A stretch of 64,000 nucleotides of DNA, taken from Chiloscyllium plagiosum. Taxonomy: Eukaryota. The DNA is taken from NCBI RefSeq assembly GCF_004010195.1, contig NC_057734.1, positions 45,147,605-45,211,604 of the forward strand, read 5' to 3'. Under the pieces are notes generated by a model, which was not told where the DNA came from, ran no database searches, and worked only from the letters and a program-made list of their open reading frames with translations. The position numbers were made by a program, and so were the translations under genes. Every line of letters begins with the position of its first letter. The first letter of the stretch is position 1. Positions 1-14,330 of this stretch are shown piece after piece.

Positions 1-3000
1 TGAGGGTAATGCATAATCATGGCCTGGAGAAAATTATTCATCGTAAATCCAGACGGCAGCTGAAAATGCTTCTGCCTGCATTTCATACTATCGTTCAGGT
101 TGAAATATATAAGTCTTTCCATCCCTGTATAGTGTCAAGCTCCTGTCGCAATTAGCAGCATTTTTTGCTTTAACCACTGCGCTCGTCACTGTCAATGTTG
201 AATTCCTTTCAAGGAGTACCTCAATAGACATTCACACTAAGTTTCTAGAGATGTTCCGATAATCTGCCCTGCTGCTGTGTCAGGCACTGCTGGTCAAAGT
301 GACATTTCTTTTCAGAAGAGAAGAGCGAAAAGGGAAGGATGTGTCGGAACACAGAATCAAAGTGGCTATAGATGCAAAGACAGGGTAGAGAACTCCAAAC
401 CGTTCAAACAGTAATGGAATTTCTCCTTTTTAGCCTTAAATTGTCAGCACCCTTTCTTCAGACTATGCACCTTTAGTTCTAGACCCACCAATTGGGAGCA
501 ACAACACTGCAAAGATCTCTAGGACGACTTTACAAATCAAAGACTTTGTCTATCTTTTTCACAAAGCTCAGGATATGTAGGCCCATTCTACTCAATTATC
601 CCCATAAAACAAGCTGTTCATCCAAGAAATCAATCCAGTGAACCTTTTTAATCCCTGCTAAGGCAAGTAAACATCAGGCAGGGATATCAAAACCTAAATT
701 GTACTTCTGTTCTCACAAAAGCACAAAATAATTGCTGAAAATGTATTTATTCCTATATTACAATACCGTGTTTGTGCGTTATACAGATTCACCAGAAATT
801 CTTTGCTTTTGTAGTCTACGCTCTTTTTTAGTCAATGATCCTGAATGTCATGTTAAGCAGTTTTCCAACCAACCCACCGACTTTAATACTTTATTTATAC
901 TCATATGTCCTTCTGTTCCTTCGCCCCTTTTAGAATTGTATTTTTTAAACTGCATTGTATCTATTCCATTCATTTCTTTTACGTAAATATGTCACCACAC
1001 ATTTGTCTACAATAAATTTAATCCATCATATGTCTGTCCATTCTACCATTGTTCGTCTGCAGTACTCTAAAGTAATGAAACTATGGCCTTATTTTAGATC
1101 ACAAATGAAGAGATGCAGCAGTTCTAGTACGGACAAATGAGGAACCCCATCATCAATCTCCCTTCAGATGGAGCAAGAACCTTTCAGCACTATTCTCCAC
1201 TTCCATCACTCAGCCAACTTTCTATCCATCTGCAAAACATCCCCTTTTATACCATAGTTTTTAATTTGCTAATGCACCCACAGTATCGAACTTTAGCAAG
1301 TGTCTTTTTAAAATATGTTGATAGTACATCCAGCATATTACCTTTATGAACACACTGAACTGGATTATATCTGCCCATTGGCAATGGCTTGCAAGTGTGA
1401 AAATTTGAAAATGATATGGTCAGGTGTTAGAAGAAGTGTCCAATATCTTCCAGCTGTCCAAGGCATTTTCAACAGCAGTGAAGTTGGCAAATGGCCAATC
1501 ATGCCATTCGATTGACTCAGCTTCAGGGTAATTTCGCATGCGTTAAGTGAGCTTGCTGGTGCAAGTGGAGATCACACGAGAAATGTGGCTGCCTTCTTCC
1601 ATTTTCCAGGAATGGAGTCCTTCTTTATGGGTGACCTGGCCCTCAAAGACACCTCATCGCCCCACGTGGCAATGAAATGTCTGCTACTACGTTGGTATTC
1701 ATCATTGGTTTCAAATTGTCTCATCCTCATCTCTTCCCTATTGACTCAACTGTCATTCGACTTTTTAAAAAAACTTTGGCTTATTCATTCGACATTTTCA
1801 TGTCTGGGCTAAATGATTTATTCAATATTCACTAAGTGCTTCCATATTGACATCCTTTGGTCCACTTGACTAATCTCATTCTCAGATATGTCATTAAACT
1901 GGGTGTATCTTGCTCTAGAACATACTTTAGAATATATACCATTTCGATCCAGAGTAAGATCATAAAAATACTGCCTAATAACTGTTCAATAGTTTTGTAC
2001 CTGTCATTAGTTTGCTTACAGATGTGCTTCTCTATATCCTTCTCACCAGTTTGTGGTCTATGGGATATACATGGTAACATAATACTACTTAGTAACATAT
2101 TGGTGCCTCTGTGGTTCTTTAACTATAACCAGATAGGTTGTGTCCTGGCACTCACTAGGATTTTTTCTTCCTCAGCAGGCTGGTAGTTTCTTTAATAAAT
2201 GCAATTTCCCCACTTTCATGTTTCTTCCATATCCTTTCCTGAACCCTTGGCATCTAGGAGTATTTGGTAGCCAACTTTGCACTACTTCCAACCGGGTTGA
2301 TGTTGGAATTGTAGAACGCCAACACTTTTTAACACATTCCATGCATTCACATACTTCAATTGCCAACCTGTATTGGACATTATTACTGTATATTTATTCT
2401 TAGTCTGACTCCACCTAATGACTTATTAATTCTTCCTTGACTGCTATCGGTCTTTCACAAATATGTGCTTTGATTTTCCATTGCAGTACTAACTTCTCAT
2501 TCCCATCCCTCTGTCTAGTTTGTTTTAAATCTCCCCAGTAGCAAACCGCCTCTCACGAAAAGTGGCAACATATCTAACCTCTTGAGGTGTCACATCCCCC
2601 ACTAATTATCCTAAACACCTAAAGCGCTTCCTCTGAACCTACCTTTGCAATCATATATTCATCTGCTTTATCCTCCTCTTCCTGTACTCACGAACGTGTG
2701 ACATTGGGAGATTAGTCCATTCGTCTGCTTGACAGGCTCCTTCCTAACTCACGAAAATCTGCTTGCAAGACCTGCTTCCTCTTTCTACCATTGTTTTTCA
2801 CTTGGTACTGAAATGGATCAGGACTATGGACTGTCCATCTGCCCCAGACCCATTCAGTGCATTCTGCAGATGCTCAATGACATCATTACACCTGCAACCA
2901 GTGAACAACAGGATCCTTATCACTTCCCTTTCTCAACCTTTCTACCATCTCTGGGCCTGTCATAGCGCCATGGAGTTTTCTCTAGTTTTACCCATTCCTT

Positions 3001-4576
3001 GAATGATTTGTCAGAATTAGAAGTGAATATTGTTTGGAGACCTAGATGCACTCAGGGAAACCTCATACTCCCTATCACATTCTGCAACTCTGCACATCCT
3101 TGAGTTGAACAGTTGAACAGAAGTGTTCTATTAATCAAATGTGCAGACTTACAGGTGCATTGCAATGGAACTTCTTTTTAAACCTTTGCTACAAGATGAA
3201 TGCCGTTGGCAAGACCAACAATATTTGCTCATCCCTAATAGCTGCTAATAATGTAATAATGAAAAAAGTTCTTGAACTGCCACGGTTCGTCTGGCCCAGA
3301 GACACTTGGAAAACTATTAAGGAGCTAGAAACAGTGAAGGAACAGTAACATGTTCCAAGTCAGGATGACATATGATTTGGAGGAGAACTTGACTGTGACG
3401 GTGTTCCCAAAAATCTGCTGTTCATGTAATTAATAGAGTTTGAGGATTTGAAATTCGCTGCCAAAGCAGGCTTCTCATTTTGCTGCAGTGTAACATGAAT
3501 GTGTTAAACACTACTACCACTGTGAATCAGCGAAGGAGGAAGTAAATAATAAAGAGGATGAATGGAGTGCTGAGCAACAGGGTTGTCCTTGATTGTGTTG
3601 AGCTTTTTGGGTGTCATTTGAGTCACATTCATTCTGCCATGTGGGGACTATTCCATCCCACATCTGACTTAAGCCTTACAAATGGTGACAGATTGTGATC
3701 GATGAGCATTTCATCTGCCCTTCTTATGACAATATTTATATGGCGACTGCAGTTAAGCATCTGCTCCATTGCAGTGTCCAGTGTGTTGATGGTGGGAAAT
3801 ACAACAATGGATATTATGTTTAATATGAAGAGATTCTCTCTTACTGGTAACGGTCATAGGTGGGAATTGTATTGGACAAATACTGCTTATCTATCCAAGC
3901 TTCAGTATTGTCTAGGACTTGTTGCATATGGTTAAGGGCTGCTTCACTATCTTCCTCGAACAAAGCATTGCACTTGGTGATGTAATTGTGATTTTGCTAG
4001 CGTAGTCCAGTAATCCAGAGACCACAGCTAATATTCGAGAGACAAGGATTCAAATTCCACATTAGTACCTGGTGAAATTTAAATGTAATTAATAATTCTG
4101 GAATTAAAAATTAGATTTAAAGTGGTGTCATGAAGGAAGCAAGGAGTCTTAAAAACGCATATGATTCATGAATGATCTTTAGGGGAGAAGATCTAATGTC
4201 CTTATTTGGTCATTCCTACATGCAAGTCCAGAACTAGCGCAATGTGATTGGCTCTTAACTGCTCTCTGGAATATGATGAGAAGACAACCACTTGTCAAAG
4301 GGTTACAATTATCTGTTTCACAGTGAACTGCTACACAAAAAATGAAAAGCAATAAAACTGGACGGACTACACAGCATTTGGCTAGGCATCCAAAACAAAA
4401 TAATATACCATTCCAATAACTTTGCAACATCGGTCTTACAACCATTGGAAGAGGTTACACGATAACTGAAAGAGCTGCTCCAAAGGCTAGTCAGGCAAAA
4501 GTATCACCAATTATTACTCCTGGGCCTGTTCTGTCCTAGCAGCAGGATATTTGACAGGTGTAGTGGCACAGTAGTA

Positions 4577-6670
4577 TACATTTAGACTAGGAATAATTGT
4601 TCCATGGAAAGGGCACTATAGACATGTGGAGACTGTTTTAGGAACAATTGTTGCGAGTGATGCATAAATGTGTTCCTCTGAGACAGGCAAGAAGGTGTAA
4701 GATAAATGAACCTTGGATGACGAGAGCGGAGGAGCTTCTCGTCAAAAGAAAGAAGGTAGCAAGGGTCTTGCTCAGCTCTAGAGGATTACAGGCAGGCGAG
4801 GAAGGGGCTCAAAAATGGTCTGAGGAGAGCTAGAAGGGGGCACGAAAAAGGCTTGGCAGGAAGGATTAGGGAGAATCCAAAGGCATTTTACACATATGTG
4901 AGGAATAAGAGAATGATCTAAGAAAGAGTAGGGCCGATCAGGGATAGCATAGGGAACTTGTGTATAGAGTCTGAGGAGGTCGGGGAAGCCCTAAACGAAT
5001 TTTTTGCTTCTGTCTTTACTAAAGAAAAGGACCTTGTAGTGACTGAAACCATTGAGGAGCAGCACCGCATGCTGGAACGGATAGAGATTGAGGAAGCTGA
5101 TGTGCTGAAAATGTTGACAAACATTAAGATTGACAAGTCGCCAGGACCAGACCAGATTTGTCCTCGGCTGCTTTGGGAAGCAAGAAATGTGATTGCTTTG
5201 CCGTTTGCGAAGATGTTTGCATCCTCGCACTCTACCGGAGTCGTACCTGAGGACTGGAGAGAGGCAAATGTAATTCCTCTCTTCAAGAAAGGGAATAGAG
5301 AAATCCCCAGCAATTACAGACCAATCAGTCTCACGTCTGTCATCTGCAAGGTGTTAGAAAGGATTCTGAGGGATAGGATTTATGACCATCTGGAAGAGCA
5401 TGGCTTGATTAAATGCAGTCAACACGGCTTTGTGAGGGGCAGGTCATGCCTCACAAATCTTACTGAGTTCTTTGAGGATGTTACTAGACAAGTTGATGAG
5501 GGTCGAGTGGTGGATGTGGTGTATATGGTCTTCAGCAAGGCATTTGATAAGGTTCCCCATGGTAGGCTCGTTCAGAAGGTCAGGAGGAATGGGATAAAGG
5601 GAAATTTAGCTGTCTGGATACAGAATTGGCTGGTCAACAGAAGACAGCGAGTGGTAGTGGAAGGAAAGTATTCTGCCTGGAAGTCAGTGGTGAGTGGTGT
5701 TCCACAGGGCTCTGTTCTTGGGCCTCTACTCTTTATAATTTTTATTAATGACTTGGATGAGGAGATTGAAGGATAGGTTAGCAAGTTTGCAGACGACACA
5801 AAGGTTGGAGGTGTCGTTGACAGTATAGAGGACTGCTGTAGGCTGCAGCGTGACATTGACAGGATGCAGAGATCAGCTGAGAGGTGACAGATGGAGTTCA
5901 ACCTGGATAAATGCGAAGTGATGCATTTTGGAAGGTCGAACTTGAAAGTTGAGTACAGGATTAAAGACAGGAGTCTTGGCAGTATGGAGGAACAGCGGGG
6001 TCTTAGTGTGCAGGTACATAGATCCCTTAAAATTGTCACCCAAGTGGACAGGGTTGTTAAGAAAGCATATGGTGTTTTGGCTTTCATTAACAGGGGTATT
6101 GAGTTTAAGAGCCGTGAGATCTTGTTGCAGCTATATAAAACTTTGGTTAGACCGCACTTCGAATACTGTGTCCAGTTCTGGTCGCCCTATTATAGGAAAG
6201 ATGTGGATGGTTTGGAGAGGGTTCAGAGAAGGTTTACCAGGATGCTGCCTGGAATGAGGGCTTATCTTACGAAGAGAGGTTGACTGAACTCGGACTTTTT
6301 TCATTGGAAAAAAGAAGGAAGAGAGGGGACCTAATTGAGGTATATAAGATAATGAGAGGCATAGATAGAGTTGATAGTAGGGCAGACATTGTTAACACGA
6401 GGGGTCATAGTTTTAAGCTATTTGGTGGAAAGTATGGAGGGGATGTCAGAGGCGGGTTCTTTATGCAGAGAGTTGCGAGGACATGGAATGCGTAGCCAGC
6501 AGCAATTGTGGAAGCGAGGTCATTGGGGATATTTAAGAGACTGTTGGACATGCATATGGTCACAGAAATTTGAGGCTTCATACGTTAGGTTTACCTTACA
6601 TGAGGATCAATAGTCAGCACAAGATCGTGGGCTGAAGGACCTGTTCTGTGCTGAACTGTTCTGTGTTCTA
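4577..6670 (+). mobile_element. CR1-clade LINE, 5'-truncated, ORF2 reverse transcriptase disrupted
   Basis: ORFs 4958-5776 and 5891-6283 carry CR1 RT motifs ([40 protein letters not shown], then FADDTK after an in-frame stop; LVRPHFEYCVQFWSP). Ends in a CTGTT/TTCTA-like simple-repeat tail near 6640-6670. Confidence 0.92.
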
Positions 6671-6995
6671 TTTCAGAATGAGATACTCAGGATGTTCTAC
6701 ATATTAACTATGAATCCCATTAAAACTCATAACATTATTCAAAACAGGGACAAGGCAAGTTCCAGCTGACCCCTGTCTACCATACTCCCTTGACTGCAAA
6801 GTCACCAGCTTTACATGCTGGCCAGCACTGGGGGGAAAAAACAGTAATGGTAGTAAGGGCACAGAATGTATTCTGGCTGGAGAACATCAAAGTCCTTTAA
6901 TTGGCTTGGTAGAATCGCTACTGAGAAAGCTGGCTGAGTGCAAAAGGGTATACCTGCCAGACATATGGAAAGGAACGTAACAGGAAGAAAAGGAG

Positions 6996-7365
6996 TTGAG
7001 AGTGTGATGCTGGAAAAGCACAGAAGGTCAGACAGCATCCAAGGAGAAGGAAAATCGATGTTTTGGGCTGGAGCCCTTCATCAGGAGTGAGGCTGGGAGC
7101 CTTGGGAGTGGACAGATAAATGGGAAGGAGTGGGCCTGGGGAGAAGGTAGCTGAAAGTGCAATAGGAGCATGTAGGTGGGGTAAAGGTGATAGGTCAGAG
7201 AGGAGGGTGGAGGGGATAGGTGGGAAGGAAGTTTGACAGGTGGGACAGGTCATGAGGACGGTGCTGAGCTGGAAGGTTGGAACTGGGGTAAGGTTGGGGG
7301 AGGGGAAAATGAGGAAATTGGTGAAGTCCACATTGATGCCCGGGGGTTAAAGGGTTCTGAGATGG
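6996..7365 (-). mobile_element. Penelope-like element 3'-end fragment with degenerate hammerhead motif
   Basis: Same family as 22316-22925, 61505-62366 and 63060-64000. Minus strand reads CTGATGAAGGGCTCCAGCCCAAAACATC near 7056-7085. Confidence 0.7.
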
Positions 7366-7724
7366 AAGAAAACCGTAACAGGAAGAAATGTCTACTTCAT
7401 GCACCCTCACCAATCTACATGTCACTGATACTTCTGTGGGATTGAGGGATTAATAGGAGGGTGGGGTGGGGGATGGTAGTTGGGAAGATGATAAGTTGAT
7501 GCAGGTGGGGGGGTGATAGTGATAGGTCAGAGAAACTTCTTGAGCGGGTAGGTGGGAAGGAAGATAGACAGGTAGGACAGTTCAAGAGGGCAGTGTCGAT
7601 TTGGAGGTTGGATCTGGGATGAGTTGGGGAGAGGGCAGACTAGGAAATTAGTGAAGTTGATGTTGATGAAGGATCAACAGGTGGGTGATGAAGCATTCTT
7701 CCTCCAGTCGTCTAGTGGTGGTGG

Positions 7725-10700
7725 GGAAGTCAATGTTTCAGGTATAACCCTCCTTCAGGACTGGGAGTTGGTGTTACGGGAGCTGCAGATAAATAGGGTT
7801 TGGGAGAGCGTTCAAGATGGATAGAGGGGTGGAGTGGAGAGGCAGTGAGAGGTGAACAAAGATAGAGGGTACAGCCTGGTTGATTGATGGGAGGAATAAA
7901 TTCAGTTAGTAGTTGGAAGGAAGGGTTGATCGGAGGAATGGAAGGGAAGGGGGTGCTGGAACGTCAGGGAATGGGAAGGGAGGTTATTTGAGTTAAATGT
8001 TGTGTCCTCTGGCCTGTAGGCTGCCTAGATGGAAGATGAGTTGTTGTTCCTCCAATTTGAAGTCTGAATCATTGTGCCATGGAAATGGCCAAGGAAGGTC
8101 ATGTTGGAAAGGGAATGTGAACATGAATTAAAATGGGCGGTGGCTGGGAGGTCACGTCAGCCCCTGTGGGCCTGGCTGAGATGCTCGGGAAACATGCCAC
8201 TTATTTATGTTTCAGCTCCCTGATATAGAACGTAGAACATAGAACATTACAGTGCACTTTCGGTCTTTCAGCCCCCAATGTTTTACTGACCTGTAGAACA
8301 AATCTGAAGCCAAATGTTTATCCAATGACCATTAAAAAAGACCCTTAAAGTTGGTGAGTCTATTACTGTTGCAGGCAGTGCATTCCATGACCTTACTACT
8401 CTCTGAGTAAAGAAACTACCCCTGACATCTGTCCTATATCTATCTACCCTCAATTAAGAGCTATGTCCCCTCGTGCTAGCCATCACCATCTGAGGAAAAA
8501 AGGCTTTCACTGTCTAACCCAACTAACCCTCTGATTATTTTATATGTCTTATTTAAGTCATCTCTCAACCTTCTTCGCACTAACAAAAATAGTCTGAAGT
8601 CCCTCAGCCTTTCCTCGTAAGATCTTCCCTCCATACGAGGCAACATCCTAGTAAATCTCCTTTGAACCCATTCCAAAGCTACCACATCCTTCCGATAAAG
8701 TGTTGACCAGAACTGTATGCAATACTTCAAGTGCGGCTGCAGAAGAGTTTTATATAGATGCAACATGACCTTTTGGCTCCAAAACTCAATCCTTTTAGCA
8801 ATAGAACATAACACACCTTGTGTCTTCTTAACAACCCTATCAACCTGGGTGGCAACTTTCAGGGATCGATGTACCTGGACACTGAGATCTCTTTGCTCAT
8901 CTACACTACCAAGAATCTTACCAATAGCCCTGTAGTCTTTATTCTTGTTGGTCCTTCCAAAGTGAATCACTTCACACTTTTCCGCATTAAACTCTATTTG
9001 TCACCTCTCAGCCAAGCTCTGCAGTTTATCTATGTCCCTCTTTAACCTGCAACATCCTTCAGGACTATCCACAACTCCACCGATCTAACTGTCATCTGTA
9101 AATTTACTAACCCGTCCTTCTATGCCCTCATCTGGGTCATTTATAAAAATGACAAGCAACAGTGGCCTCAAACAAATCCTTGTGGTACACCACTACTAAC
9201 TGAACTCCAGACTGAACACTTCCCATAAGCCACAAGCTTCTGTCTTCTTTCAGCTAGCCAATGTCTGATCCAAACCACTAAATCACCCTCAATCCCATGC
9301 CTCCATATTTTCTACAATAGTCTACCATGGGGAACCTTATCCATCGCCTTATTGAAATTCATATACACCACATCAATCGCTTTTCCCTCATCCTCTTGTT
9401 TGGTCACCTTCTCAATCAGGTTTGTCAGGCATGATTTACCTTTTACAAAACTGTGTTGACTATCCCTAATCAACTTATTCCTCTCTAGATGATTATAACT
9501 TCTATCTCTTATAACCTTTCCCGACAGTTTGCCCACAACCAAAGTAAGGCTTGTCAGGACAGTCTCTACTCTTGAACACTATACTCCACTCTACTGGCAC
9601 TATTCCTATAGACAATGATGACATAAAGATCAAAACCAAAAACTCTGCAATCTCCCCACTAGGGAATTCTAGGGTAAATCCCATCCGGCCAGGGGACTTA
9701 TCTATTTTCACACTTTCCAGTTTTGCTAACACCTCCTCCTTGTGAACCTCAATCCCATCAATTCCAATAGCACCATCTCTGCATTTCCTCAGCGACATTG
9801 TCTTTTTCCAGCGTAAATACTGATGAAAAGTATTCATTTAGCACTTCCCCTATCTCCTCTGACTCAACGCACACCTTCCCACTACTGTCCTTGATTATCC
9901 CTAATCATTCGCCAGTCATTCTTTTATTCCTGATATACCTATAGAAAACTTTAAGGTTTTCCTTGATCCTATCTGCCACGACTTCTCATGTCCCCTCCTT
10001 GATCTTCTTAGCTCTCTTTTTAGGCCTTTTCTGGATAACTTGTAACTCTCAAGTACCCTAACTGAGTCTTTACGTCTCATCCGAGCATAAGCCTTCTTCT
10101 TCCTCTTGACAAGAGATTCAACTTCTTTATTGAACCATGGCTCCCTCGCTCAATGACTTCCTCCCTGCCTGACAGGTACATACTTATCAAGAACACTCAT
10201 TAGCTGTTCCTTGAATAAGCTCCACACTTCAATTGTGTCCAGCCACTGCAGTTTCCTTCCCTATCCTATGCAACCTAAATCTTGCTTAATCGCATCAGGA
10301 TTGCCTTTACCCTAGCAATAACTCTTGCCCTGCATTGTATACTTATCTCTTTCCATCGCTACAGTAAATGTAACTGAATTGGCCACTGTAACCCAAGTGC
10401 TCACTACCTCCAAATCTAACACCTGGTTAGATTCATTACCCAGTACCAAATCCAATGTGGCCTTGTTCCTTGTTGGCTTGTCTACATACTGTATCAGGAA
10501 ACCATCCTGCACAAATTGGACAAGAACAGACGCATCTAAATTACTCAAGCTATAGTATTTCCAGTCAATATTTGAAAAGTTAAAATCCCCCATAACAACT
10601 AACCTGTTACTCTCATTCCTATCCAGAATTATCTATCCTTTCATCTACATTTCTGGAACTTTTTGGTGGTCTCTAGAAAACTCCCAATTGGGTGACCTTC

Positions 10701-13700
10701 CCTTTCCTGTTTCTCACCTCAACTCATACTACCTCAAACATCCTTTCTGCCACCATAATAGTGTCCTTGACAAACAATGCATACCTCCCCTTCTTTTACC
10801 ATCTTTTCTGCTCTTATTAAAACATCAGAATCTTGGAACCTGCAATAACCATTCCTGTCCATGCTGTATCCATGTCTCTGAAATGTCCACAATGATGAAG
10901 TCCCAGGTACCAACCCATGCTGCAACTTCACCCACTTTATTCCGAATGCTCATAGCATTGAAGTAGACACACTTCAAACCACTTTCCTGTTTGCTGATGA
11001 ACTCTTGTGATCTTGAAACCTCATTTCTGACCTCACTACTCTCAACCTCCTGGACACTGGAACTACAGTTTAGGTTCCCAACCCCCTGCTGAATTAGTTT
11101 AAACACTCCTGAAGAGCATTAGCAAATCTTCCCTCCAGATATTGGTACCCCTCTAGTTCAGGTGCAGACCATCCTGTTTGTAGAGGTCCCACCTACCTCA
11201 GAATAAACCCCAATTATCCAGGAATCCAAAATCTTCCCTCCTGCACCATCCCTGTAGCCACATATTCAACTCCTCTCTCTCCCTATTCCTCACCTTGCTA
11301 GCATGTAGCACGGGCAACAAACTAGAGATATCAACTTTGTGTGTTCTCACACTAAGATTCCACCCTAGCTCCCTGAGTTTCTGCCTTAAATCCCCATTCC
11401 TTTTCCTACCCATGTCATTAGTACTAATGTGGACTACAGCTTGGGGCTGCTCTCCTCCCCCTTGAGGATCCCGAAAACTCGATCCAAGACAACACGAACC
11501 CTGGCACGTGGGAGGCAACACATCAGTCATGACTCTCTTCTATTCCCATAGAACATCCTATCTGTCCTCCTAATTATGGAGTCCCCAATGACTAATGCTC
11601 AACTTGTCTCCCCCCTTCCCTTCTTAGCAACAAGGACAGACTCTGTGCCATACAGAGAAGACTACATTGGGAGCAATGGATACAGTAAACTAGATTGGAG
11701 AAGAGGCAGGTGAACCTCTGTCTCACCTGGAAGGACTGTTTGGGGCCCTGGATGGAGGTGAAGGGAGTGATGTGCTGGCAGATTTTGCATCTTTTATGGT
11801 TGCAGGGGAAGGGGGTTCAGGGAGGTTGGTGGGGAGAGTGGCATAGACCAACGATTGGCAAAGGGAACAATCCTTGTGTAAGGCAGAGAGGGGTCGGGAG
11901 GGGAAGGTGTTCTTGATGGTGGGGTCTAGTTGGAGTTGGCAAAAGGATGATGCGTTGGATGTGGAGACTGGTGGGGTGGTAGGTGAGGACAAGGGAGCCC
12001 TGTCTTTACTGCATTTGATAGGGGAGGGGTTTTGAGCAGTGGAGCAGTGAACGGAACAATTGCGAACGAGTTTGTCTGAATGACCGAGGGGGGAACAGCA
12101 CGGTGTTCAAAATAGGATGACATCTGGGATGCTTAGTAGTGGAATATCTCCTCGTCTGAGCAGATGCAGAAGAGGCTGAAGAATCAGAATAATGGGTGAG
12201 GTTCTTGCAAGATACTGGGTGGGAGGAGATGTAGTCCAGGCAGTTATGAGACTCTGTGCGTTTATAGTAAGTGTCAGTCTGTTCTCCAGTGTAGACTGAC
12301 ACTGGAGGTGGAAATGGAGAGGTCAAGGAAAGGGAGGGAAGTGTCCAAGGTAGAACAAGTGAATTTAACGGCAGGGTGGAAGTTGTTGGTGAAGTTGATA
12401 AACTTCTCCAATTCAGCCTGGGTGCAGGATACCGCACTGATGCAGTCATCAATGTAAATGTGGAAGAGTTGAGGCACAATGCCTGTGTAGGTACTGAAGA
12501 GGGATTGTTTGACATAGCTGACAAAGAGGCAGGAGTAGCTAGGACCCATCTGAGTGTCCATGGCCAACCCCTGGATTTGGAGGAAATCGGAAGAGTTAAA
12601 GGAAAAGTTCTTCAGGGTAAGGACTAGTTCAGTGAGGTGGAGGAAGGTCTTGGTGAAGGGGGACTGGATGGGTCTGTTGGAGAAGAAGAAGCTGAGGGCC
12701 TGAAGGCCATCCTTGTGGGCTATGAATATATAAGGAGTGCGCATCCATAATGAAGAAAAGGCGCTGGAGGCTGGGGAGCTGGACATTACTGAACAGGTGG
12801 AGTGCGCAGTTAGGGTCATTGATGTTGGTGGGAAGTGTCTTCACCAAGGGGGGGGGAGGTTGGAGTTGAGGTTGGAAGAAATGAGTTCAGTGGGGCAGGA
12901 GCATGTGCAGATGATGGGTTGGCTGGGGTCATTGAGCTTGTGGATCTTGGGGAGCATGTAGAATCAGGTAGTGCAGAGCTGGGGGTATAAGGCTGAAGGC
13001 GGTGAAGGGGAGATCACTGGAGGCAATGAGGTCATGGACAGTACAAGTGATTTTGGCCTGATGGTCAAGGTGGGGTTATGGTCAAGGGGGAGGTAGAATG
13101 TGGTGTTGGAGAGCTGGCGTCTGGCTTCTGTGACATAGATGTCCGTCCTCCAGACTGCCACCACTCCGCCTTGGTCAGCAGGTTTGATGGTAAACCGGGG
13201 ATTGGTCCAGAGGGAATGTACCACTGCATGTTTGGAGGGGGTGAGGTTGGAATGGGTGAGATGGGTGGAGAAATTGAGACAGCCTATGTCACATTGGCAG
13301 GCAGAAATAAACAGGTTAGGGCAGATATAAGGCCAATGGGGGGTATCCAAGTGGAAGAGGAAGATTGGAGTTGGGAGGGTGGTTGGGAGTCTTTGTTAAA
13401 GAAGAGGGCATGGAGGCAGGAGGCAGCAGAAGAAGAGCTCCATGTCATGCCGGATACGGAATTTGTTGATGTGGGGTGGATGGGCACAGCTGTGAGCCCT
13501 TTACTGAAGACAGACTTTTCGGCCTCAGAGAGTTCTAGGTCAGTGGGGTGAACATGTGGCAAGACTCATGGGTGGGGCTTTGACAGGGTCCTGAAGAGAC
13601 AAAGGAGAGAAAAGGTTACAGGCAATAGCATGTGATGGGTGAGGGTTGGATATGATTTGGTGGGAGGACTTGTGGGAAGGAGTGAAGAGTAGGAGAAGGC

Positions 13701-14330
13701 TTGGGGATTGGGTGCAGGGAGGAGTGCATGGGAATGAGATGGAGAGGAAGAAGAAAAGTTACTGAGTTGGCAGGCATTGTGGGGGTGGATGGGTGAGGAA
13801 ATAGAGATGGTGTGCTGTTTGGTTGAAGTTAGGCAGTCGGACCCAGGGGTGACCCTGGGAGTTGGAGTCCGAGCCTTGGTTGCAGAGTCAGAAGTAGAGG
13901 AAGCTGGAGGAAAGTCATGGGACAAGATCCACTGCACCTCGTCCATTGCACACGTCACTGCTCTAAACCATCTCCCAACAAAGATAGGGTTCCCCATTGT
14001 ACTCACCTACTACCCCACCAGTCTTCACATCCAACACATCATCGTTAAACACTTTCACCAACTCTAACTAAACCCCACCACTGAGAACATCTTCCCCTCT
14101 TCAACCCTCTCTGCCTTCCACAAGGACTGCTCCCTTCCCCACCCAAAACCCTTCCCCATCCCCCTTTAACTGCAGTTCCCGTTACACTCACCCCCCAGTT
14201 CTGATCAAGTGTTACACCCAAAACATTGACTTCTCCATTTCCTGATACTGCTTAGCTTGCTGTGTTCTTTCAGCTTCCTGCTTGTCGACCTTGGATTCCA
14301 GCATCTATAGTTTCTTCAACCCAAACTAAT
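7725..14330 (-). mobile_element. Penelope-like retroelement (RT + GIY-YIG), decayed, interrupted by a CR1 insertion, with an inverted partial copy of its 3' part at about 13920-14330
   Basis: Minus-strand ORFs give PLE RT motifs (LSEAEKSVFSKGL, TIKPADQGG, LTELVLTLKNFSFN, GLAMDTQMGPSYSCLF, YIDDC, LPFLDLSI). The endonuclease region is split between about 8030-8225 and 11652-11720. 13990-14135 (+) is the reverse-complement homologue of about 11870-12000. Confidence 0.8.
8226..11651 (-). mobile_element. CR1-clade LINE, near full length (ORF1 SGNH-esterase, ORF2 endonuclease + RT), decayed
   Basis: ORF1 esterase-like segment (VVHISTNDM...LNMWLQGWCRREDFGFLDNW, 11198-11530); AP-endonuclease motifs (CVYFNAMSIRNK, ISETW, MGDFNFSNIDW); RT pieces at 8476-9837; (ATAGAAC)n tail at about 8225-8247. 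Confidence 0.9.

Noticed and set aside
4319-4343. CACAGTG followed by ACAAAAAAT
   Set aside because: Spacer is 9 nt, not 12 or 23, and there is no adjacent V or J segment.
1-4500. Short ORFs in the first 4.5 kb
   Set aside because: No recognisable domains or exon structure; sequence looks like heavily decayed LINE/SINE debris.
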